From positions 46,924 to 110,923 of the forward strand of contig JBBRPE010000001.1 of the NCBI GenBank assembly GCA_038228545.1: DNA of 64,000 bases, given 5' to 3'. Positions 29,460-37,411 of this stretch are shown here, piece by piece. The notes below the pieces were generated by a model. It was not told the origin of the DNA. It saw nothing but the letters and a program-made list of their open reading frames with translations, and did not search any database. Each line of letters begins with the position of its first letter. Positions within the stretch are counted from its first letter, which is position 1. Position numbers and translations under genes: made by a program. This DNA is from Minisyncoccia bacterium. Lineage in GTDB: Bacteria; Patescibacteriota; Minisyncoccia; Phycocordibacterales; Phycocordibacteraceae.

Positions 29460-29561
29460 AAAACTTTCATGTGCGAGGCGCGGGAGAGCGAGGACTGGAG
29501 GCGTACTGCAGCGTACGATGAAAGTCATCGCTCCGACCCGCAACGAAGCAGGGGAAGTTTT
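29460..29561 (+). repeat. Structured dispersed element family B, copy 3
   Basis: ATGTGC-GAGGCG-cggg-gagcga...AGGCGTAC..GTACG...tcgctc..cccg-CAAC-GAA-GCAG. Confidence 0.85.
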
Positions 29562-29576
29562 TAAGCCTATTCTTGT

Positions 29577-30176
29577 ATGGTAGACGTTGATATAGAACCG
29601 GGAGAAACCATAACCCGCTCAGTGCGTAAGCACTGGTTTATGCTTCTCGTAAGTCTGGTTCCCTTTGTTCTTTTGGCATGGCTGCCGTCCCTCTTTATTC
29701 CCTTCCTCCACTTTATTGCGAACTCCGTAGGAAATGCGCCAAACATTACGACCTTTACTATTCCTGATAACGGACTTGTCTGTTTGGTCTACGGCTTGTG
29801 GCTCATCATGCTCTGGAGCGCAGCGTTCAATACCGTCACACGCTACTACTTGAATCAGTGGATAATCACGACGACCCGTATCATTTCCATACAGCAGTAC
29901 GGGTTTTTCAGTCGCGAAGTGTCTTCCCTTCTTCTGGTGCGCGTGCAAGACGTTGACACCGATGTTGAAGGCATTTTCGGCACTCTCCTCGGCTATGGCC
30001 AACTCGAGGTGCAAAGCGCGGGCGAACAAGAGCATTTCATCATGGAAGACATTGCCGACCCCCAAGGCTTACGTGACTTGATAATGAAAGAGATTGCGGC
30101 CCTACACGCCGACGGCGTTGCCGTTGCCGGCCCCGGAATACAAACACAAGTCGCCGGTACACAAACGGGAGTATAA
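29577..30176 (+). CDS. Bacterial PH-domain (bPH_2) membrane protein
   Basis: RKHW, IITTTRII..Q.GFFSR, VQDV, LGYGQLEVQSAG. Confidence 0.85.
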   Translation: MVDVDIEPGETITRSVRKHWFMLLVSLVPFVLLAWLPSLFIPFLHFIANSVGNAPNITTFTIPDNGLVCLVYGLWLIMLWSAAFNTVTRYYLNQWIITTTRIISIQQYGFFSREVSSLLLVRVQDVDTDVEGIFGTLLGYGQLEVQSAGEQEHFIMEDIADPQGLRDLIMKEIAALHADGVAVAGPGIQTQVAGTQTGV

Positions 30177-30253
30177 AAGTTCAAGGGCCCGTCGCTGTTT
30201 GCGCCGGGCCCAAGAGAACAAAGCAGTACTGGAACAGTAGCGCGCCCGAAGCG

Positions 30254-30683
30254 CTAGGCGTCTTCGAGAACTCGCTCAGGGGCCAACTCGGCGCCCTTCA
30301 GGGTGTCGATCGCCGCCGACGTCGTGTTGTTCTGTTCGCCGGGAATCGATTCGACACTGACCTCCATGCCGAGAACGAACGCCTGGAACAGCACCTGGAC
30401 ATCGGGCCGATGGTCGAAACACCACGCCGTCGCGGTAGCCGGACAGCTCGATGTCTTCCTGCTGGAAGGTGGCAGGAGCGGTCGGGCCCACGCGCCAGTC
30501 GTTCTGACGATTGGGTGGGATGTTCGAAATGATCAGGCGGGTGCCGCAGTCGAGACAGACCGCCTCGTCCGGTTGGTCCGGGCTCACCAGACCGAGAGTG
30601 TGCTCGGTGAGCATCGAGGCCATCAGCTTGTCACCCACGCGCGCCTTCCGATTCTTGACGCCTTCAGCACTGTAATCGCACAT
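30254..30683 (-). pseudogene. Conserved hypothetical protein (MCDYS-type) with apparent one-base frameshift near 30418
   Basis: MCDYSAEGVKNRKARVGDKL...AVCL...RDGVVF; removing one T gives DHRPDVQVLFQAFVLGMEVSVESIP...EDA*; AAGGA RBS. Confidence 0.6.
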
Positions 30684-30759
30684 GGCAATGTCCTTATAGT
30701 CCCCTGGTATGCATCGTGCTCCCAGCTGAGGGCGAGAATACTCCTTTCTAGGAGCTTGT

Positions 30760-31113
30760 CTAGTAATCGAGGCCGTTGAACGCTGTGATAGTGAGTGAAT
30801 CCCGAGTAACGCCGTCCAGACAACGGACATTTACCGAATACATTTTGTTTCCTTCTTTGTCGGTGCCCCAGGCAAACGACTCAACGCCACAATCAGGGCA
30901 GATGAGATGATGGATACTCTTCTTATTAAAAAGGTACGTCGTAAGTTCTTCCTCGGTCCCTTTCGTGAGCCGGAACGCGTCTGGAAGCACGAAATTAAGC
31001 AGGAGACCTTTCTTGTAACAGTGCGTACAATTGCACTCAATGACCTTGCCGAGGTCAGTATCAACTTCATACTGCACCCGTCCACAGTGACATCCTCCTG
31101 TGTAGGTTTTCAT
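30760..31113 (-). CDS. GFA/CENP-V family Zn-binding protein
   Basis: GGCHCG, CNCTHC, CPDCG, VNVRCLD. Confidence 0.93.
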   Translation of the reverse strand: MKTYTGGCHCGRVQYEVDTDLGKVIECNCTHCYKKGLLLNFVLPDAFRLTKGTEEELTTYLFNKKSIHHLICPDCGVESFAWGTDKEGNKMYSVNVRCLDGVTRDSLTITAFNGLDY

Positions 31114-31157
31114 ATGACGGCATAGTAGCACAGCCTCTTATTTGCTAAACTCCGACT

Positions 31158-32447
31158 ATGACCGACAAAGACAAGAAAGCTGCTCTCTCCACAGAATCCT
31201 ATAAAGGTGTCCGTGATTTCTATCCACACGAGTGGGCCCAGCTTCAGGCTGCGTTCGACATAATTCGTAAAAAACTCACTTCGTACGGCTACGAGGAATA
31301 CAATGCTTCCCCACTTGAGCCGTCCGAGCTTTATGAGAGTAAGACGAGTGAGGAAATTGTTAACGAGCAGACGTTTACGTTTACCGACCGTGGCGACCGT
31401 CGAGTGACGCTTCGTCCTGAGATGACTCCTACGCTTGCCCGCATGGTAGCTGCAAAGCGGCGGGAGCTTCAGTTCCCGGTACGTTGGTTTAACATTGGCA
31501 ATCGCTTCCGATACGAACGTCCACAGAAGGGACGATTGCGAGAATTTTTCCAGATAGACGTAGACCTCCTCGGTATTGCCGACAGCAAAGCTGATGGAGA
31601 AATCATCGTGATTGCTTCTGAAATGCTTAAAGCATTCGGCGCATTCGAGGGCGACTTTACCATTCGAATAAACTCGCGCGCGCTCCTTAATGCCGCGACT
31701 TCAGCGCTCGGCTACACCGAGGAAGAATCAAAGACGTATCTTCGCCTGCTTGACCGCAAAGATAAGATTTCAGCTGAGGAGTTTGAGACAGACCGAACAC
31801 CATTCCGTAAAGACGGTAAGGATGCACTCGAACTCATACTCGCTGGTGGAAACGTGGCCGTAGCGGATGAAAAAGCGAAACTCGATGACCTAATCGCAGC
31901 ACTTGAAGCTCGAGGTATGAATAACGTTGTCTTTGATGCCGGGATTGTGCGCGGCTTCCTCTACTACACCGGCACGGTGTTCGAGGTATATGACACAAAT
32001 CCAGAGAACCCGCGCGCCATGTTCGGTGGCGGACGGTATGACAATCTTGTTTCCCTTTTCGGAGGCGAGTCCATTCCGGCCATAGGTTTCGCAATGGGAG
32101 ATGTCGTTCTACTCGATTTCCTCACGACCCACGGCTACGCGCCAAAAGCATCGGGTGCACCGACCGTGTTCCTTGGCACGCCGTCAGACGCGGACATTGC
32201 TTCAGCACAAGAATTTGCCACAACTCTACGCGAAGGCGGGGTGAGTGTGATTGTGAACACGAGCGACAAGTCGCTCGGCGACCAAATCCGCGAGGCAGAC
32301 CGCCGCGACATTCCGTACTTTATTGCCTACGGCCAGAACGAACTTGAGAATGGCATCGTGAAGCTCAAGTCCGTAGCCACAGACGACCCTGACAAGGAAA
32401 TGACTGCGGCTGAAGCGCTTGTAATTCTTACAGAAACTCGCAATTAA
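31158..32447 (+). CDS. hisS: Histidyl-tRNA synthetase
   Basis: GVRDF, LRPEMT, FRYERPQKGRLREFFQ, YYTG, GGGRYD. Confidence 0.97.
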   Translation: MTDKDKKAALSTESYKGVRDFYPHEWAQLQAAFDIIRKKLTSYGYEEYNASPLEPSELYESKTSEEIVNEQTFTFTDRGDRRVTLRPEMTPTLARMVAAKRRELQFPVRWFNIGNRFRYERPQKGRLREFFQIDVDLLGIADSKADGEIIVIASEMLKAFGAFEGDFTIRINSRALLNAATSALGYTEEESKTYLRLLDRKDKISAEEFETDRTPFRKDGKDALELILAGGNVAVADEKAKLDDLIAALEARGMNNVVFDAGIVRGFLYYTGTVFEVYDTNPENPRAMFGGGRYDNLVSLFGGESIPAIGFAMGDVVLLDFLTTHGYAPKASGAPTVFLGTPSDADIASAQEFATTLREGGVSVIVNTSDKSLGDQIREADRRDIPYFIAYGQNELENGIVKLKSVATDDPDKEMTAAEALVILTETRN

Positions 32448-32466
32448 TTGTTTGAGAATGCGAATT

Positions 32467-32567
32467 AAAGGATTCAGATGCGAGGCGTGGGCGAGTGGGC
32501 GAAGTAGACGTACTCATAGTACGGCGGATGAGGCCGCTGGGACCCACAACGACGCAGGTGGAACTTT
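32467..32567 (+). repeat. Structured dispersed element family B, copy 4
   Basis: AGATGC-GAGGCG-tggg...AGACGTAC-tcata-GTACGGCG...ccca-CAAC-GAC-GCAGGT. Confidence 0.9.
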
Positions 32568-32578
32568 ACTACGTATTC

Positions 32579-33157
32579 ATGCGTGAGATTACTTTTGACA
32601 TCGAAACGCGGAACCTAATCCCCACCATGGGTCGTGGAGATATGACGCGTCTCGATTTAGCTATCGTCGCCATTCATGATTCTGAGACCGGAGAATATTC
32701 TTCCTATTCGCAAGAAGAACTTCCGAAGCTCTGGCCTATTATCGAGCAAGCAGACGTTCTCATTGGCTTCAACTCAGACTCGTTCGACATTCCTCTTTTA
32801 AATCATTACTACCCGGGCGATCTTACTCAGATTCGTTCGCTCGATTTACTCTCCGAAGTATATACAGCGCTCGGCCGACGCCTACGTTTGCAAAACCTCG
32901 CCGAAGCAACACTGGGCCATGGTAAATCCGCAGATGGTATTCAGTCCGTAAAGTGGTGGCAGGAAGGCCTGCACGATAAGGTTCGCGAGTACTGCATCCA
33001 GGATGTGAAAGTGACACGCGATATCTACGACTACGCACTTGAGCATGGCAAACTGAAATATAAGGACCTTCGCACGCTCAAAGAGATTAAGATTGATACG
33101 AGCAATTGGAAGACAGGCAGCGACCCGTCCGCCTTCACTCATACACTAGGGTTGTAA
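32579..33157 (+). CDS. RNase H-like DEDD 3'-5' exonuclease domain protein
   Basis: FDIET, GFNSDSFD, YCIQDV. Confidence 0.88.
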   Translation: MREITFDIETRNLIPTMGRGDMTRLDLAIVAIHDSETGEYSSYSQEELPKLWPIIEQADVLIGFNSDSFDIPLLNHYYPGDLTQIRSLDLLSEVYTALGRRLRLQNLAEATLGHGKSADGIQSVKWWQEGLHDKVREYCIQDVKVTRDIYDYALEHGKLKYKDLRTLKEIKIDTSNWKTGSDPSAFTHTLGL

Positions 33158-33246
33158 ACCCTGACCGGTTGTATTTTAGAAATATAGGCATAGGATTGGC
33201 TACTGGCGCACGGGTTGTTCGTGCACTGATCTTCGGGAGGACTACC

Positions 33247-33582
33247 ATGGCCACGCTTGGGATTACTATCCATGTTCCAATTGAAATCGAACCCGCAGTC
33301 CGGCGTCTCTGCCGGACTGCGGTGCACAAGCAGATTGCGCACTATCTGAAGCGCAGCGGCGCCAAGCACGAGCTCACGGTGGAGGCCCAGCCCAAAGAGG
33401 GCGGCAAAAACTACATCATCGCCGTGCTCGAGCTACCCTACATGCCCAACTGGGAAGACATCCCGGACATCGTGGGGTCGGTGCTCTCACATCTCATGAA
33501 CGGCGAATTCAACGTCGAGGTGCGAGACGCTCGCTCGGAGCAAACGCTCCCCTACACCCGAATCGACCTTAAGGCGGCCTAG
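33247..33582 (+). CDS. Orphan hypothetical protein
   Basis: GGGAGG RBS, C-rich codons, downstream hairpin near 33610-33632. Confidence 0.7.
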   Translation: MATLGITIHVPIEIEPAVRRLCRTAVHKQIAHYLKRSGAKHELTVEAQPKEGGKNYIIAVLELPYMPNWEDIPDIVGSVLSHLMNGEFNVEVRDARSEQTLPYTRIDLKAA

Positions 33583-33681
33583 GGGACCGGGCCCGCCATC
33601 CTACCGAAGCCCTGCAGCCACGCGCTGCAGGGTCTTCATTTTTATAGTTTATGACCAATGGCGCGTGCTATCATTTTTTGC

Positions 33682-34380
33682 ATGAAGCAGCCATTTTCCG
33701 TACGCGACCTTTTTATACCAGCCGCAATCATACTCGCTGGTATCATCCTCGCGTGCGCTATCTACGTCATACGAATTAGGCACACGGTAGTAACCGGCAC
33801 CGGAAACCCCGAGGCTGTACACGCTGTCACAACTACTGACCACATCATTGGAAATCCAAGCGCTCCGGTAGCTATTATTGAGTACGCAGATATCGACAGC
33901 TCATTCAGTAAGTCGTTCCAGATGACTATGGAACAACTCATGACAGGATACGCAAGCGGCGGAAAAGTGGTGTGGGTATATCGTCATTTCCCAGTGACAC
34001 AGCTACACCCGAATTCAGCTACGGATGCGCTTGCGGCTGAGTGTGCTGGCTCGCTTTCAACTCCTATCACCTTCTTCCATTTCATAGACGCAATGCAGAC
34101 ACTTGCTCCTGGAGATAACGAGTTTAACCCCAACCAATACGAATCAGTGGTGGCACAGTTCAGCATCAATAACGACTCGTTCAAGAAATGTATGACAGCT
34201 GGCTCGTTTACCAAGAAAATTCACGACGACTACGATAACGCCCTTGCTTCTGGTGCAACCGGTTCTCCTTTTGTGATTCTTCTTATTCATGGACAGAAGC
34301 CGGTTCCAATAAACGGCGCACTTCCCTACACATCGATGAAAAAGATTATTGACGATGCAATTACGAAGGCAGGAACATAG
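33682..34380 (+). CDS. DsbA-like thioredoxin-fold protein lacking CXXC
   Basis: HIIGNPSAPVAIIEYAD-IDSSFS, YRHFP, AAEC, TGSP, INGALP. Confidence 0.85.
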   Translation: MKQPFSVRDLFIPAAIILAGIILACAIYVIRIRHTVVTGTGNPEAVHAVTTTDHIIGNPSAPVAIIEYADIDSSFSKSFQMTMEQLMTGYASGGKVVWVYRHFPVTQLHPNSATDALAAECAGSLSTPITFFHFIDAMQTLAPGDNEFNPNQYESVVAQFSINNDSFKKCMTAGSFTKKIHDDYDNALASGATGSPFVILLIHGQKPVPINGALPYTSMKKIIDDAITKAGT

Positions 34381-34382
34381 GT

Positions 34383-35061
34383 ATGGAAGGAATTGGGAAA
34401 CCTGCTGTACAGACCCAAGAGAAAGCGCGCCAGGCACGTGAAGGAATTCGAAATCAAATCTTTGACCAACTTGTTGCCGGACATGTTCTGGAAACTTTCC
34501 ATGATGATATTGTCGAAGCAGATATTTCCGAGGAAGCATATGGGGAAATAAGCGCCACCTTCGCACAACTTTCTGAAGAGAACAAACGTGCTGTGCTCGC
34601 CATACCTGCAGCACTTCGTACTAAGACGTTCGCAAAATATGCGAAGCGGTTACAAACGGGAGAACTGGACGGTACAGGTGTCGTGCTGGATATTCTTGAT
34701 GTATCAAAGCGAAATGGGTTCACTATAGGTTTCCACTTATCACCGTATGACGTAAAGCATGATAAAGACGGAGATTGGAAAATCCGTGGTACCGAAAAGG
34801 ATCATCGTCATAACGATTTGCCAATGGCGTACTATAGCCTCGACTATGCACACCGTTATTTAAAAAAGCCTGCTCAATTCCTGTATGTCATACGAGCTGG
34901 GCGAAAAGAGCGCTCACTACAGAGACAATGACAGGAGCTGGGGACATGCGACCAGCCTTTCCATAGTCGATCAGATAGACATGCAGGCACTTGAAAAGGA
35001 AATAGACGACCGGTTCGCAGCACTAGAGAATAAGAAAAACGAAAAGGAGGACGCGCCGTAG
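34383..35061 (+). pseudogene. Hypothetical protein with apparent frameshifts near 34895-34945
   Basis: ORF ends at 34931 but protein-like sequence continues in shifted frames (EKSAHYRDND, HATSLSIVDQIDMQALEKEIDDRF) to TAG at 35061. Confidence 0.5.
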
Positions 35062-35097
35062 TAGTGGCAGCGTCCTCCAGGTAGTGGTGTACTGTGA

Positions 35098-35331
35098 TCA
35101 ATCGTCATTCTCGCCCACCTCTTGGAAGTGGAAAGCGAGAATGCCATGGAAGTTCCCTTCGTCTCGCTCGAGATGGTCCATGACCCACTCCACGAGTTGC
35201 ACGCCCCCCGCAGTCTTAGCAGACTTTAGGAGCTCGTCGCGCTCCGGAACAGTCGTATGGCCGTCGGTCCGCAGCTGACTCGCCAGCTTTCTGTAATTGA
35301 CGAGCTCGGTAAACGAATCCTGCTTTCCCAT
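35098..35331 (-). CDS. Small orphan hypothetical protein
   Basis: AGGAGG RBS; TAGACA-17-TATAGT promoter. Confidence 0.7.
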   Translation of the reverse strand: MGKQDSFTELVNYRKLASQLRTDGHTTVPERDELLKSAKTAGGVQLVEWVMDHLERDEGNFHGILAFHFQEVGENDD

Positions 35332-35420
35332 TGAAACCTCCTCTGTTTGGGTAGCATGTAACTATAGCACAGTATAAATATTTTGTCTATATTCTACGTT
35401 ATGTGAGACGTGGGAGATAT

Positions 35421-35449
35421 TGACAATATCCATATTTCAGGCTATTATA
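35421..35449 (+). promoter_or_regulatory. Sigma70-type promoter
   Basis: TTGACA-17-TATTAT. Confidence 0.75.
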
Positions 35450-35501
35450 TATCTAAGGCCCTATGACGGCTGCGTTCCAATTCCAGAGAGGGATATATCC
35501 A

Positions 35502-35999
35502 ATGTTCGAGCGTCTCATGAATGCCATCACTGGCTTCAGCGTCGACGACTACACCGAGTATGATGTCTCCGTCGGTCTCTTCAAAAATGCCGACGAAGTC
35601 ATCGCGGGTTTCGCCAGGCACACACACGTGGTGGGTGCGTCAGCAGAACGGACGTTCAGAAGTCCTGAGTTCGTCTACTCCGAGCCCACAGACATCAAGC
35701 TCGTCTGTGTCACTCCCCGCCAGCTCGGCCTCAAGGCCGAATGCCAGCCGTGGGTGGTGCTCGCGAACGCCGTGAAGCAGGGTCTTGCACCCTGCCCGGA
35801 CGATGCCGCCGCCTGCATGATGATGCGCTGGGGTCTCTCGAGCCAGGGCCACCTCTTCGCCGTCCGGCACATCCAGAAAAAGATGTCCGGATGCTGGTTC
35901 ATGCAGACCAACATCGACCTCGGCTCGAGCGCGCTCGGTCTCTGGCATGGCCAGAGAGGGATTCCACTCGACAAGCTGATTTTCTTCCGTAAGCCCTAG
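35502..35999 (+). CDS. Orphan hypothetical protein
   Basis: GAGGGA RBS, own promoter and terminator; VTPRQLGL...GLAPCP motif. Confidence 0.7.
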   Translation: MFERLMNAITGFSVDDYTEYDVSVGLFKNADEVIAGFARHTHVVGASAERTFRSPEFVYSEPTDIKLVCVTPRQLGLKAECQPWVVLANAVKQGLAPCPDDAAACMMMRWGLSSQGHLFAVRHIQKKMSGCWFMQTNIDLGSSALGLWHGQRGIPLDKLIFFRKP

Positions 36000-36022
36000 T
36001 CGGCATTCGGACGAATCAGACA

Positions 36023-36048
36023 CCGCCCGGCCATTTCTGGCCGGGCGG
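36023..36048 (+). terminator. Intrinsic terminator
   Basis: ccgcccggcca/tggccgggcgg followed by T tract. Confidence 0.8.
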
Positions 36049-36081
36049 ATTCTTTTTATACAAAGTGCAAAATATAAAAAA

Positions 36082-36108
36082 TAGGCGCGCCGTATTCGGG
36101 CGCGCCTA
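36082..36108 (-). terminator. Intrinsic terminator
   Basis: taggcgcgcc/ggcgcgccta with T tract on the minus strand. Confidence 0.8.
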
Positions 36109-36119
36109 GTATAGGTACT

Positions 36120-36275
36120 CTAACGGAGTTTAGCTTTGGCCTGTTCGACCAGTTCCTCTCCGCGGGCGATGTTGTTCCGGACTTTTTTAAGCAGTTTCTG
36201 GGCTTCCTGCTTCAGACGGTCTTTGCCGTCAGTCCGGTAGGTGGGCTTAGCTCGCGATAGACGCCGGCGCTTCAT
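36120..36275 (-). CDS. Small basic helical protein (51 aa), absent from the ORF track
   Basis: MKRRRLSRAKPTYRTDGKDRLKQEAQKLLKKVRNNIARGEELVEQAKAKLR; GGAGG RBS inside the upstream gene. Confidence 0.55.
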   Translation of the reverse strand: MKRRRLSRAKPTYRTDGKDRLKQEAQKLLKKVRNNIARGEELVEQAKAKLR

Positions 36276-37329
36276 CCTCGTCCTCCCCTTCATCAGAGGC
36301 GACGGCGGTGAAGCGGGAGAGGCGGTTTTCGACGCGCTTGCCGGAGTTGATGTGGTCGATCATCATCTCGGCCAGGGTGAACCAGGCCTTGCCGGACTGG
36401 CCCCCGAGGCGCATGACCTCGGGATCGTTGACCGGGAAGGTGGTGATCTTCTTGATCATCGGCCTGTTGACGCAGAGCTTTTGACCGTCCCAGAAGTCCT
36501 TGTGCTCGACGAGGACGTAGGCGAAGGCGCGCAGGAACGTGGTCCGCATGCAGGTCGCGCCAGACTTGAACGTGCGCCGACGGATGTTGAAGCACTCGTC
36601 GATGACATTGAAGAATGTACGGACGTTGCCCGTGAAGCGCCCCTTCTCCATCGTCGCCTGCGTCTTGTCGAGCGCGCTGACCAGCTGGTCGAACACCGTC
36701 GAGCGGCCGGGGCCGAACCGGGCGTTGATGAACCCGGCCGCCTTCAGTAGCAAGTTGGCGGTGATCAGCTGGTTTCCGGCCATCCGCTGTTGCCAGCAGA
36801 CGCGGCCGAACATCGGCGAGGTGCGTTCTTCTTCCGAGAAGGCATAGAGTTCGCCGATGGCGGGGCTCTTGTCCCTCATGTTGCGGAACAGAACGTTCGT
36901 CGACAGTTTGGTGCGGTAGAGATTGAGGGCCTTGAAGCGCTCGCTCTCCCACTCCTCGGTGGTGCTGAGATGGATCAGGCACCCCAAACGGGGGGACCGG
37001 CCCTTCTCGACGACCACCTTGCCGGCGGTGACCCGTTGCAGGCCGTCGATGATGTAGGTCGCGTCGCGCAGGTTGACGGTGCCGTCGGCGCACGTGTCGA
37101 AGTTATCGCCACGCATGCCGAGTTCGATGTCGGGCAGCACCTCGCCAGCCTCCATGACGGAGGTCAGCTCATTGATCTTCGACTCCGGCAGGATTTCCCG
37201 CTGGTAGCCGGCGACCATCAGATGCTGGAAGGATTTCGGATCGACCACCCCGCGAAGGATGATTTTGCCGTTGTCCCACGTGTCGAGCGAGACGGCGATG
37301 ATGTGAACGATCTGATTTTCGTTGGGCAT
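36247..37329 (-). CDS. ParB/DGQHR-like domain protein
   Basis: YQREIL...IELGMRG...YIIDGLQR...FKALN; AAGGAGG RBS; TTGACT promoter. Confidence 0.75.
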   Translation of the reverse strand: MPNENQIVHIIAVSLDTWDNGKIILRGVVDPKSFQHLMVAGYQREILPESKINELTSVMEAGEVLPDIELGMRGDNFDTCADGTVNLRDATYIIDGLQRVTAGKVVVEKGRSPRLGCLIHLSTTEEWESERFKALNLYRTKLSTNVLFRNMRDKSPAIGELYAFSEEERTSPMFGRVCWQQRMAGNQLITANLLLKAAGFINARFGPGRSTVFDQLVSALDKTQATMEKGRFTGNVRTFFNVIDECFNIRRRTFKSGATCMRTTFLRAFAYVLVEHKDFWDGQKLCVNRPMIKKITTFPVNDPEVMRLGGQSGKAWFTLAEMMIDHINSGKRVENRLSRFTAVASDEGEDEDEAPASIAS

Positions 37330-37411
37330 GTGCCCCTCCTTGTTCTTACCTTGAGTAGCGTGTTGCTCCCAATAGGCGAACATACTTATATAACATGGAA
37401 CGTTACATAAG

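Noticed and set aside
32495-32578. Upstream GTG start for the exonuclease gene
   Set aside because: The extension is just family B copy 4 read in frame; the domain starts at MREITFDIET (32579).
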